Source: Felis catus
Lineage: Eukaryota
Length of the DNA: 64,000 bases
Reading direction: 5' to 3'
Assembly (NCBI RefSeq): GCF_018350175.1
Contig: NC_058368.1
Coordinates: 93,250,001 to 93,314,000 of the forward strand
Part shown: piece by piece, positions 51,501 through 64,000 of the stretch
How positions within the stretch are numbered: position 1 is the first letter of the stretch
Layout of the letters: every line of letters begins with the position of its first letter
Position numbers and translations under genes: made by a program
The notes under the pieces: generated by a model
Databases searched by the model: none
Told to the model about the DNA's origin: nothing
Seen by the model: the letters and a program-made list of their open reading frames with translations, nothing else

Positions 51501-54223
51501 TGCTATCATCCCAGCACTGTGAATATGAATCCAGAGTGGCCCCTCCTTGTCCCCAAATCCTCAAGACACTGGGAGCCTCATCGTGGAGTTCTCACCTTTT
51601 AAACACCTCCCCAGCCCATCTCTGCCCTTCCTTCTCCACGGGTACCCAGGTACTCATGAAGTAGACCATTCTGAGAGCTTCCTGCCTTGACTCTTTCAAT
51701 CTTGCCTCCACACATCACCACCAATTATGTTTGACACAATCAAATATAATAATGAATTCTACTGCTAGAAATTATTTAATGACTTTGTATCTTCAGGTGG
51801 TAAAATTTAAGCTCCTTAGTTTGGCATCTGAAGACTCTAACAGTGGACTTTCTATTGTCTCCTCTTTATTCCCACACTACGTTATCACAGCCTTTTCTCC
51901 ACCCCAACATATCCCGTGCTCTGAGTGCCCAAAAATACTCACCATTTCTCATACAAGCTCTGTGCTTTTCCAGACACCAATATCTGTACCTGAAATGCTT
52001 CCTCCCACCATCTGCACCTGGAACCCTTATTCAAATGTCAATTTGCCCAAAACCTTTGGGCAGAATTATCTACTGCCTCTGTATTTACCTAGTCCTGTGT
52101 GTGCCTATTCTCTTTACACAATGAGTAAGTAATTTTGGGTGCCCAGTACGTGCCAAGAACACAAGAGTGAGCAGAAAAAGAATAAACTCTGTTCTAGCAG
52201 TCATAGAATTTACGTGGAGGATACAAAGGTTACGGGTGTAATAATTGCTGAAAGTCCTACAAGAGAAAAGCACATGGGCTTTGAGGATAAATAAGAGGTG
52301 TAAGTGACTTAGGAGGCTCAGAGGAGGCTTTCCTATATTAGAGGTTTTTGAGCTGCAGTCTAATGGGTGCACCAGGCAAAGGAAGACAAGAGTTGGATGT
52401 AAACCAGCCTTCAAACACATTCCAGTCTTCGAACTGTTTGTTACCATTCTGCAACAACATTAATACAGTAATTGAGAAGAAGCATTTAGAAGTTTTCAGA
52501 GCAATCTGACAGAGTCATTTTCTATTTCTTGGATCTAATAAAATGCAAAGCTTGTATTTTGTGTCTTTTTTATTCATTTTATTTTTCTTGTATTTCATTT
52601 TTATTATCCTTATAAAAGCATCAGTCTGTGATGGATTAGAAAATTAAAGAACAACTATTCTTTCAACACAGATAGTCTGCGGAGCACTGGCCCAGCCAGA
52701 AGGAAAATGTGAATTGCCCCCAGATGGGGAGCATGGGAGAAAATGAGGTGAGGCTGGCAATGTGGACTCTGGGAGTATCAAGCTCACGCATGATGACTGA
52801 AGTGGTGATTATTGTTTCCACTAATTGGGGATAGAGGACGGAATCTGAGAAGAAGACTCAAAGAGCTTCAGTGTGCGATGGGTAGTTGAGAAGGGAGACA
52901 AAGGAAGAAAGGCCAGACAGGCTGAGTGACAAGATGTGTGGAGCCTGAGAAGCCAAGAGGAGAAAGGGTTTCAAGTGGGTGGTTTGCAATGTTGAATCCA
53001 AGTTAGAGGACAAGCTGACTGAAAAATGTCACCTGGATAAAGAGACATAAGGCTCACTGCTGGTTTTAGCAGAAACAACATGGTGGAGAGGTGGGGCAAA
53101 GCAAAAAAAGCCAGCAAGTTGAGGACAAAGAGGCAGGCAATTGCACAGCAGTAAAAAGGGAAGAGGTTTGGTAGCTGGAAGTGGATGTGGGTGCCTGTAT
53201 TACTTTGGTTGGGGTCAGTATGTTGTTGTTTTAACAAGAGACATTGGAGCCTTTTTCAAAGATGATAAACTACTGACGAGAGGGAGAGAATGAATGCAGA
53301 CAAGAGAGAAAATATAATCATTAATTTCTGTTTTTGGAGAAAGGGGGTAAGGTTGGTATCCAAAGCACAAGTAATATAAGGAACGTTAATCCCCCAAATG
53401 ATAGCATTGTGGAAACAATGGCTTGTGAAATATGCCTCAAGAGGAAGGCAACGAGAGAATGAAGTAGACACATCAATGGAATAAAGTGTTTGTGAGTCGG
53501 AAGACCAGTGATTATGGAAAGAAGGAACAAGACAACTGGAAGGAAAGAATGTTCTAGTCAGAGAGGTAAATCCTGTTGTTTTGAAGGCTATTTGTTGTCT
53601 TGAGTGTCTTGGAAACTACAGAAGGGCATCAGTCTGAATTCTTCCTTATTTTCTAGGAAGAGTCCCGACCTAAGAGATGCTGTTCCTCCCTCTGCTTCTT
53701 CTTTATTTAAGGTTGGCGGAAATGTGTGCTGGTTGACTTCCTCACATTTGCTTTCTGCACAGATGCTGTGCTGCTGCCTTTCAGTTATTAATCTTTGCTG
53801 CAGCACTTCCATCCAGGCCAACTATTGCTAAAGAACGGGACGGGAAGGGTGAGGCCAAGGATCTAAAGCAGTTCCAGTTTGGGTTTGGGTTTGCTTCTGA
53901 CACTCAGCTAAGCTGGATGTGTCTTCTGCCATGAGCCCCAACCCCCCAACCCCGTGTTCATACCTGGGGGAGTCAGGGAAGCTCACGTTGTGCCCTTAAA
54001 GTCCCAGAAAGTCTTTCCATCAATGCTATGGCTCCCTCTCACCCTCCTCACCTAATGCAATCCCTTGCCTGGAAACCCAGCCATAAACAACTCTACCTCC
54101 CCATCTCATCGTAATGGAGAATTAGCTATCTCTGGGGACTCTTCTCTTCCACTCATATGTCTCATCCATCTAATCAAAGAATCATTACATGGGCCTTTGA
54201 GAATTATGCCACTTACTTTTTGA

Positions 54224-54515
54224 GCAGGGATCACAGATTGGCAGCCCACAGATGGAATCCAGCTGGCAGATAATTTTGTTTGGCCCACACAGTGTTTGAA
54301 AGATAGGAACATTTCATATAAAAATCCATCTTTCCAGTTTGTTAAAAAAAATCAGATATCTGGCAATCCTCAATGGTAATTTTTCTGCATGGCAAAAATT
54401 GGCTAGATCTGAGCTATGGCTGTTCTCTTTACGTGGGGGTACCATTCACTTCCACCCTCCCTATTCCCTACTGCCTTGCAGTCAGCCCCCTTCAGAGTTG
54501 GCCAGTCCCCTGGCC
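54224..54515 (+). mobile_element. MER102-like hAT-Charlie element
   Basis: TTTTGTTTGGCCCACACAGTGTTT and AAAAATCAGATATCTGGCAA motifs. Confidence 0.65.
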
Positions 54516-55329
54516 CCTGGGTTTAGAGGAGCTGTACTGTGTTTCCTGAATCATCTTTCCCTGAGTCCACATTGTACTCTGTCTGGCAGATCATTTTTAT
54601 GCTTTATGTTTGGGGTTTGTGGCTGTGTTCTATTTTTTTTTTCCCTCCTCACTCAAGGTGGATTTTCTTCTCTATTTTTTGTTATTTGAGCTTCTTGGAG
54701 TTACTTTTTCTGTTTATTACTTTTATTATTTCGTGTATTTAAAGGAAGGGGACTACAGTGAATATGTTTTTTCATCTCATCATAAAAACGTGATGTCTTC
54801 CTTACCTGCCCTTATGGTATCACCTACTTCTAAAAGGGGCAGTAATAAAACTGACTACAAAGTGTCTGAGTACCAGAAATGATGAAACTCCTTGGTAAAA
54901 TGCCTTAGGCCCTAAAAAATTAACTTGCTGTAATGTCACACGCAAAACCTTAGTAGTGATTTATGCATTAATCAAAGAAATCAAGTCAAAGAACAAAAAG
55001 AACTTTTAACAAACCTAGTTTGTTTGTTTTTTGTTCTGTTTCTTTTTTCTCTGGTATTCATGGGAATCTAAATATGCAGAAAGATGTCAATAACCCCCCT
55101 TTCAGAAAATATTTAAACAGCGTATCAGAAGATGCAGGCAACGTACAGTGTCCACTCTTGGCTGGAAGCAAGCCATGGATGGTCTTCAAGATGTACAATA
55201 ATGCCCTGAGAATTTTTAAAGCTAGGCAAGTGGATTTGAGCCTTTTGTGTGTGTGTGAGAGAGAAGATCTGGACCCTCAAGGATAATGAAGTGTTGATCA
55301 GAGTTTGATCCCATTACTTCCCAATGGGA

Positions 55330-55905
55330 TTAGGGTGCAATCGTCTTCAGCAGCCTCCTCCCTGCCTCCATGTCCCTCTGTGGTCCATTCTCCCACAGAG
55401 CAGGCAGGGGTTCTGTAAAACCAATCTGATGATGTTCACTGTTCAGAACTTTCCAATGGTTTCTCTTGTACTTAAAATAATATCTTTCATATGGCCTCCA
55501 AGACTCTACACAATCAGTTACTGCCCCACTCTGACCTCTGAGTCTTCTCCCCCCATCTTGCCCCTTCCATGGTGAGCACCAAGCACAATAATCTCTTTTC
55601 TATTCATGAACAAACCATGTGTGTTCTGGCCATGGGCTTTCTCCTTTGCTGTCCCAGATGCCTCTCCTCCAGCTCTTTCATGGTTTGGCTCCTCCTTGTC
55701 ATTTGAGTCCCAGTTCCAATGTCACTGTGCCACAGAGCTTTCCTCTGATCACCCAGTCTAGAAGTATCTTTCAGTTACTAACCAGCTTGTTACTCTTCTG
55801 ATCTACACAGCACTAACATCTGAGATCATCTTGCTCATTATTTGTCTACATCACTCCCTGGCAGTATTGTCTCCCTGAGAACAGGGCCCATGTCTCCCTT
55901 CTTTG
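55330..55905 (+). mobile_element. L2 3' relic (similar relics at ~8650-9070 and ~51600-52100)
   Basis: Pyrimidine-rich L2-type sequence (TCCATTCTCCCACAGAGCAG...; CCCTGAGAACAGGGCCCATGTCT). Confidence 0.65.
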
Positions 55906-57654
55906 CTATTCATTGGCCGAATGACCCACTTTCATAGGTGACAAAATGGGACTTACAGAGAGAATATAGCTCATGCATATTTCCACAGCTCATCAGAGGC
56001 AGAACTCCTCATGTGATCCACACCTCCTAAAATCAGTCCAGGACTTTCTTTATTATTCCTTAGGTCAGTAAAAGAGAAATCTTACTAGGGATGCCTAGAA
56101 GATAATGGAAAGGTAAAAATGGTGAGACATATTTTTATTTTGTCAGTCTTTGTAAGATTTTCATTTTGTAAGACTGTACTACCACCACCATCGCCACGAC
56201 AAATATATATTATATATTTATGTATTTTTATATATAAGTATGTATTATATGCTAATATATGTTTATAATAATGTGTGTTCATTCATATTAGATGATAAAG
56301 TCTCTTCGAAGAAAATGCATACTCTGATAGATCCTAAAGGCTGCCTAGTGATTTCATTAAATTCAATAAAAATTATTTAGGATCAATCTCATCAACAGAG
56401 ACTCAATTTCACTACACTTACTATTATAACTGAATGCAATATTTATTAGCTGTGCTTGTATTAATATTTATTTTCAAAGAAATGGCATGCAGTGCAATTA
56501 TTTAGCATGCCAAATGGTGCTTCAACCACTTATAGTAGGAAGACTCACAATATAGCAATAGCAATGCTATTAGAGTTAAACGTATATAATTTCTTTGTCC
56601 TCCTAAGATGTCAAATTGCTAGTGAGTTTAAATTTTCTTTCTCAGACTCCAATGAATAGGCAATTAACTGACAGGTTTGCTAATTTAGTAAATTAATCCT
56701 GAATGACTCCAGGGCCACATGAATCCCTGGAAGCTGATGGTATCAATCTTCTCTTTGACAAAAACTCAGAGCTGTATTCAAAGCCAAGAACTGTGGCCTA
56801 GTAGCTCACTAGCATACAGGGAGAGAAATAACCAAATAAAGTTGAAAAAGGAAATGGGTTGTCTCAGTGAGGTAAACTTGAAAGTTTATTCTTGTAAGAA
56901 TTAGAGAAGAGTCTACTAAAAAGGAAAATGTTCACCTCTCCAGGGACATTAATCTTAAAAAAACAAACAAACAAAAAAGGAGTGGGGGCTGGGGGTGTGC
57001 ATCCAGATTTGGACAATTCCTTCATAAGACAAAGCAACAGCCTCATTAGAGACTCACAGGACTGGAAAGTGTTTGCAATCTCAAACTCCAGTAGAAAAAT
57101 GGGGGTCTTTTTAACTCATGATGTGAAGTCTCCCGGGCAGTCAGCCTCTTCACTGCCTGTCAGGATTCCAACACAGTAGGAGATCAAAAGGGAGGCTGAC
57201 TAACCAACCACCTTTATAGTACCGAAGTGGTTCTCTTTGCCTAACTGAAATCCCAACAGTGTCATACTAAACTCAAACCCATGTCCTCTGTCTACAGTTC
57301 AGGTGGAAATGGAGCAAGGTATGCAGATTTGAGGAGAAGAGAGGATCCAGTCAGAAGAGTTAGGGTAACAGGCTCTTCCTGCAGCCTTGGCTCTCAATGA
57401 AGCTACTCCACGGGGAGACAATACAACAGAGGCAATAATGATGAATTCGAGGCAAAACTTGGGAAGTACACTTGGAGGAGCCTCAATCACTCTGTGTTCC
57501 TGGTTTGGAATCAGAGGACCACACGATCTTTATGACTTGAAATATCTTCTTTCTTTTTGGACCATAAACGAACCAAATCAAGGAGACTGTTGGTCTGAGA
57601 AATCAGTGTTGGCATTTCTAATTCTAAGTATTTTATTTAAAAAAATCAAAGTCA

Positions 57655-57870
57655 GGTACCTGGGTGACTCAAGTCAGTTGAGCATCCAACTCCTGATTTT
57701 GGCTTGGGTCATGATCTCATGGGTTTGCAAGACAGCGGAGCCTGCTTGGGATTCTCCCTCTCCCTCTGTTTCTGCCCCTCCCCCCACTCACATGCACACA
57801 AGTGTGTGCATACACACGTGTGCTCATGCTCTCTCACAATAAATATTTTAAGAAAATAAATAAAAATTTT
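57655..57870 (+). mobile_element. CanSINE
   Basis: CCTGGGTGACTCA head, GGAGCCTGCTTGGGATTCTC body and A-rich tail. Confidence 0.9.
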
Positions 57871-58009
57871 AAATGGCAATGTCCTCAGACCGAATGTACA
57901 TCAAGCATCCTGCATTCAACCTATTAACCACTCTGTGCCAGTCCTTCCTCAGCACACTGAAACCTAGTTCTTCTTATATGATAATTCCATGTGGAGTGAG
58001 TTTGAAAGT

Positions 58010-58388
58010 ATAAACAAGAATGCTTAACATCACTCATCATCAGGGAAATATATATCAAAACCAGAGTGGGATACCACCTCACACTTGCCAGAATGGCTGA
58101 AATTAACAACACAAGGAACAACAGATATTGGTAAGGAGAAAGGAGAACCTTCTTACACCGTTGATGGGAATGCAAACTGGTGCAGCCACTCTGAAAACAG
58201 TATGAATCTTTCTCAAAAAGTTACAAATAGAACTACCCTAGACCCAGCAATTGCACTAGTAGGTATTTACCTGAAGGATACAATGCTGATTTGAAGGGGC
58301 ACATGCACCACAATGTTTACAGCAGCATTATCAACAATGGCCAAACTATGGAAAGAGCCCAAATGTCTATCAACTGGTGAATGGAGAA

Positions 58389-58439
<51 letters not shown>

Positions 58440-58845
58440 GGAATATTACTCAATCATCAAAAAGAATGAAGTTTTGCCATTTGCAATGATATGGATGGAG
58501 TTAGTGATAATAGCTAAGTGAAGTCAGTCAGTTAGAGAAAGACAAATACCATATGATATCACTCATATGGAATTTAAGAAACAAAACAGAAGGACATAGG
58601 GGACAGAAAAAAAACAAGTGGGAGGCAAACCATAAAACAGACTCTTAACTACAGAGAACAGACTGAGGGTTGCTGGAGAGGAGGTGGGGGGGATGGGCTC
58701 CATGGGTGATGGGTATTAAGGAGGACATTGTGATGAGCACCGGGTGTTATACATAAGTAATGAATCACTAAATTCTCTTAAAACTAATATGACACTATGT
58801 GTTAACTAACTAGAATTTAAATTAAAAAGTGGAGAAAAAAAGGAA
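58010..58845 (+). mobile_element. Carnivore L1 3' fragment containing (CA)n at 58391-58437
   Basis: ORF2 C-terminal and 3'UTR similarity to the full-length L1. Confidence 0.92.
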
Positions 58846-61800
58846 TACAGTACACGTGAGAGAGAGAGAGAGAGAGAGTTTTGGCTGGGAAAATACATAA
58901 ATCCAGGGATGTCCTGCCTCCTCTAATGTACAAATGTTTTAAGTAGCAGCAGAGACCACGTGTGATACCTATTAGCAGAATTATTCAGCATCACTAAAGT
59001 TCACTGAATGTGTGAAAGGACTTTTCTGTTGATGGGAAACCCCCATAAATTTAATTCAGTGAGTTTTCTTTTCAAAAACATTCAATGACACCAACATCCT
59101 ACCAGAGTCCAATCGGTCTTTCAAGGCACCTGTGAATCTGATGTTCCCTACAATCCTGTATCATTCTCTGCTCCTGGAGACATGCTTCCCACTCAAGGGT
59201 ACCTGCCTATCCTGTCTTACAAGCCCTCCAATAGTATTTCTTTATCACATACTCTTTTTTCATTCAAAACGTCCTTTTTTTCCAAATCCAGGTCAGCTCA
59301 AATTCCCTCTTTCCCTGATGATTTCAGCCTTCACTGATTCTTCTATATTGGGATTCCCTTCAGATCAGGCACTATGTGGTTTACATTTTACACTTTTCTC
59401 CCCAACAAAAAGTGAAAACATGTTCATATTTCATGAACATATGATCCAATATCTCCTGTTTCTTCATAATGGAGAAAGTCAGCAAAATGGTGAGTACTTA
59501 GCAAGTTGTTCACAAATTCTAGTTATTTGCTGTCCTGATCTTTATTACATATGCCAAACCCCACAGTAATAAATACAATTTCATCAGGAATGTATTTGGC
59601 CAACTTATCAAAGCATAATTAATGGTTCACTTATTTATAGTATTAAAGTAACACAGTAAAAAATTAAGCTACTTTGTGAACTGTATTTGGAAATATCACC
59701 ACTGCAACAATGATTCTTATATTCATTTATTCTCATGGAATTTGAATTTAAACTTTTCTATTTGTTACCATGTCATACAGAAGTACAAGAAAATGTGGGA
59801 AATCTCATAAGAAAAGCCTAAAAGAAATCTCTTCTTCAAATTATAAGTCAGCCAGCAGGATTCCCCAGCCAGAGGGCAAGAATGGAAGTGTATTTTTTTG
59901 TATCTCTCAGAACCTTAAAGTCTTTGTTCTTTTTCTTCTTTCACTCTCTAGTTTCAAAATCCATCCTTTGAAAGCAGTTGGGTATAACAGAGCGCATCTA
60001 AAAGGATCATATATCAACTTCCTTACCTCTTTCTCCAGTGAGTCCTGTGTGGAGGGAGGTGAAATGCGAATTTCTTCATTACTGCAGAAATAGCTTTTTG
60101 AAAGCTCCAAGCAGGTACATTTAACTGTGGCTGGTACCTGCTGCTGGTTGATCACTTTCTCTGCAGCAGGAGAGAGGGGGCAGAGAAGGGGATACCTGAT
60201 CAGATAGTTTTTCCTCTTACTTGTGAAGTATCTGCCCTGGGAAGGCAGAGGTTCAAGGTCACGCCATTTGAGCAACACAGGAAGAGGAGAGGGCTGTCCT
60301 ACGAGTTTCTTGTAGAATACAGAGATACCATTACCAAAGAACACAAAATCCCCCAGGACCAAAGTTCACCTGAGGGTCTAGTTCAAGTACTTTACTTTAG
60401 GCTGGCCGTAATGAGTGGAAAACACATGTTCAGTCTGCTGATGTGAGCCAAGTTTTGAACAAAGGAGTTTTGAAAAGCCTGCTTGCCCCCAACCTGAAAT
60501 TCTCAACTTTATAGTTATTCTTTCATTTGGTATGTTATTTCCAGGAAGCCATGTTTAAAATGAAACTGCAGTCCAGATGTTAGATGAGAATCCTCGCCAT
60601 TCCAACCCTCCTTAAACCTGAGTGGGATTGGCTGTAATGCAGTCAGCAGGAAGGTAATGTTCTGAAGATTTCTAACTAATATTCAAAGGGCTTATGTCCT
60701 TCTGGCTAAATCTCCTCTCCTCCTCCAACATGGATTGTCATGTGATCCTCTACAATGATTTACAAAGTCGCACATACACAATCCACTTACCTAGCACTTT
60801 GGGAGTTCAGTCAACTTTTACTTGAAGATTTGGGTGACCTCACAGAGATAGAGTCTTCTATTACCTTCTCTCCAACCCCATGTTTCCTTCCCACATCCTC
60901 CACTTCTCTCCCCCAACCTAGATCTCCCATTCCTTCCCTGTCTCTCTCCCCTCTCCCTCCCTCCCTCCCTTTCCTTCTCTATCTGGAACAAAACTAATGG
61001 CTCCTCTTTTCTTAGCCTTAGCTGACTCTAAGTTCACTGTGTTTCCTGAACATGCCCTTGTGGTTATACCATTTCCATGTAGGATATCCAAGTACTTCTT
61101 CCAAAGTCAAGGCTTTCTCTTGCAGGAATTCTGGTCAATATTTTGTTCACCTCTTCACCTTCACAGCCTAATGTGATCAAGTGAGCCACTGATACTGACA
61201 CCCTGCTTGATAAAATCAGTAAAGAAGAGGAGAGTTGAAGGAAATGGGAACCTGAGCTTTCATAGAAGAGAAAGCCAAATGAAACCACCCACCAGAGCTC
61301 AGGAAGCTGTAAAAGGGTCCTGGAAGTACTGGTGGCAAACTACCTGAAGTCAAATCCCACCACCTTCTCAACTGTACCACTGATTGTTTCAATTAAGATC
61401 CTTAACTTTCTTCATCATGACTGTTTGTCATGTTTTGCACCGTGGTTGTTTAGAAGAGAAAATTCTATGACTCAGTGGAAAGCCAGTACCTCTAAAGACA
61501 TCCTCAGTATCTAAGTGAAATAATGGAAATAGTTTTTCTTGTTTCTTGGATTCACTCATGGACCCTGAAAGCCACTTATAACCTAGCACTTACCTATCCA
61601 ACTTCTAGCCATGATGCTACAGGGCTTCATGACCCAGCAACCCTACACTAACATTGGTCCCTCTAATACTGTGTGCTGGAACTCCCTGCCTTCACTGTGC
61701 TGGCCCTTTACTTGGATTATCCTTTGCTCCTGCCTAGCCTCCAAAACTAGAATCAGGTGTCTTCCTGAGAAGGCTTCCCCAATCTGCCCTTTCATGGCAA

Positions 61801-62009
61801 TTTTGGCTCCTCTACATACCGATGTGCTTTGTGCATTTCACATTTTACATCGCATTTTAATGATCTGTTCACCAATCCTTCTCCTCTGCTAGAGGGTGAT
61901 ATCCTTGAAAGCATGGCTAGCATATTATTTACCTCCATATCCCCAGTGCTTACTAATGAATTCTCTTCCATAGAAAGCATGTGATACATGTTAATAGCAA
62001 AAAAAAAAT

Positions 62010-62663
62010 AATAATAATAAACTATTGGGACTACATCAAAATAAAAAACTTCTATACAATGAAGGAAACAATCAAGAAAACTAAAAAGCAACCTACCAAA
62101 TGGTAGAAGATATTTGCAAATGACATATCCAATAAAGGGTTACTATCCAAAACATAAAAAGAACTTATACAACTCAACACCAAAACCCCAAATGATTCAG
62201 TTAAGAACTGGGCAGAAGACACAAACAGACATTTATCCAAAGAAGGCATCCAGGTGGTCAACAAGCACATGAAAAGATGCTCAACATCACTCATCATCAG
62301 GAAAATACATATCAAAACTACAATGAGGTATCACCTCACATCTGTCAGAATGCCTAAATTCAGTAACATGAGAAACAACAAGCATTGGCAAGCATGTAGA
62401 GAAAAAGGAACCCTCTTACACTGTGGGTGTGGATGCAAACTGGTGGAGCCACTCTAGAAAACGGTATGGAGGTTCCTCAAAAAGTTACAAAAAGAACTAC
62501 CTTGTGATCTAGTAATCAGACTACTAGGTATTTACCCAAAGAATACAAAAACATGAATTCAAAGGGATACCTGCACCCTTATGTGCAGAGCAGTGTTATT
62601 TACAATAGGCAAAGTATGGAAGCAGCCTGAGTGTCCATCAATAGATGAATGGATAAAGATGTG

Positions 62664-62713
<50 letters not shown>

Positions 62714-62837
62714 GACACATTGTATATATAAGAGTTGTGCTTACAGAGTTGTGCAGATGTGCCTAAGTTTGAATCATAATTCTACTCTTTATTAGATTTA
62801 GAGGAATCTGTTAGATCTCCCTTATCTGCAACTTCAA

Positions 62838-62889
<52 letters not shown>

Positions 62890-62930
62890 TATATATATGT
62901 ATATATATATATATATATATAATGTGAAAT

Positions 62931-62961
<31 letters not shown>

Positions 62962-63370
62962 TACACATATATACATATGTGCCATGGAATATCTTTCAGC
63001 CATAAAAAAAGAATGAAATCTTGCTATTTGCAACAATATGGATAGAGTTACAGAGCATAATGCTAGGCAAAATAAATCAGAGAAAGATAAAAAAAACCAT
63101 ATGATTTCACTCATATGTGGAATTTAAGAAACAAAAATGATCAAAGGAAAAATAAAAAGAGAGAGAAAGAGGTAAACCAAGAAATACACTCTTAACAATA
63201 GAGAACAAACTCATGGTTACCACAGGGGAGTAATGAGGGGGGAATGGGGATTAAGGAAGATATTTGTTGTCACGAGCACCCCGTGTTGTAGGAAAGTGTT
63301 GAATCACTATATTGTACACCTGAAACTAATATAACACCATACGTTAACTACACCAGAATTTTTAAAAATG
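62010..63370 (+). mobile_element. Carnivore L1 3' fragment with a complex microsatellite and insert at 62666-62980
   Basis: Translates as [28 protein letters not shown]1 3'UTR motifs follow. Confidence 0.93.
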
Positions 63371-63424
63371 TTTGAAAGACTTAATCTGATGCAACACTTA
63401 AATACTCTTTAGAACTATTCTCTA

Positions 63425-63640
63425 GGGGCACCTGAGTGACTTAGTCGGTTGGGTGTCAGAATCTTGGTTTCAGCTCAGGTCATGAACTCATGGTTCAAGG
63501 GTTCAAGCCCCATATCGGGCTCTGTGCTGACAGTGTGGAGCCTGCTTGGGACTCTCTCTCTCCCCACTCCCTCTCTCTCTATCCCTATCCTGCTTGTACT
63601 CTAAATAAATAAACTTTAAAAATAAACTTTAAAAAATTTC
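63425..63640 (+). mobile_element. CanSINE
   Basis: GGGGCACCTGAGTGACTTAG head, CT tract and AATAAA tail. Confidence 0.93.
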
Positions 63641-64000
63641 AAAAATATATTTCTGTAAATGGAGATGTTTTAAAACCCAAGAATCTTAATAATTGCATCC
63701 TGATCAAAGTTTGGAGAATCAGAGCATTTACAATTTGGCATCTTACTGTATGAAGATGAAATTTAACTGTTATGAGAAAACACAATGTAAGCTATAATCA
63801 GGCTTCTGTATTAGTCCATTGACCCCAAAGTCTCATTTGCTTACAGAGTTGTGCAGATGTGCCTAAGTTTGAGGCATATTTCTACTCTTTATTAGATTTA
63901 GAGGAATCTGTTAGATCTCCCTTATCTGTAACTTCAACAATAAAATTAAAATTTTTTTAAATGTCAACTTCATGTATTTCCTTCTAATTTTATAAGCTGT

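Noticed and set aside
53588..53821. 77-aa minus-strand ORF (MEVLQQRL...) as an alternative first exon
   Set aside because: Weak Kozak context, weak donor and no recognisable homology.
33670..62100. Idea that the L1 ending at 33745 and the L1 starting near 62010 are one element split apart
   Set aside because: They overlap by ~75 bp of L1 sequence with many mismatches and share no TSD; independent insertions are simpler.
1..64000. The many 60-157 aa ORFs in the supplied track as genes
   Set aside because: Apart from L1 ORF1/ORF2 pieces, they overlap SINEs, microsatellites, LTRs or L1 antisense strands, often use non-ATG starts, and resemble no protein I recognise.
1..64000. Inferring a host-gene strand from repeat orientation bias
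   Set aside because: Older L1s are mostly plus-strand while MaLR LTRs and the young L1 are minus-strand, so the signal is contradictory.

Overview
Mammalian genomic DNA from a carnivore, almost certainly a felid, judging by the CanSINE/SINEC_Fc-type SINEs and the L1_Fc-type LINE-1. The window is AT-rich and repeat-dense, and looks intergenic or deep-intronic. I could not recognise any cellular protein-coding gene, RNA gene or CRISPR array. Almost all ORFs in the supplied track are chance ORFs or repeat-derived. The dominant feature is a full-length (~5.97 kb), young but disabled LINE-1 on the minus strand (20197-26165), with a perfect 14-bp target-site duplication (TSD) and a (TA)n tail. The window also holds older L1 fragments, 14 CanSINEs, solo LTRs, DNA-transposon MITEs, MIR/L2 relics and many microsatellites. 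The most interesting observations are scars of DNA repair or retrotransposition: a 101-bp local segment copied into a microsatellite inside an L1, a 145-bp non-tandem duplication, a fold-back scar and a twin-primed L1. There is also a candidate antisense ORF in the L1 5'UTR. I found no evidence for a new multi-gene system. Repeat family names come from my recollection of consensus sequences, not from a database search, and boundaries without a TSD are approximate.
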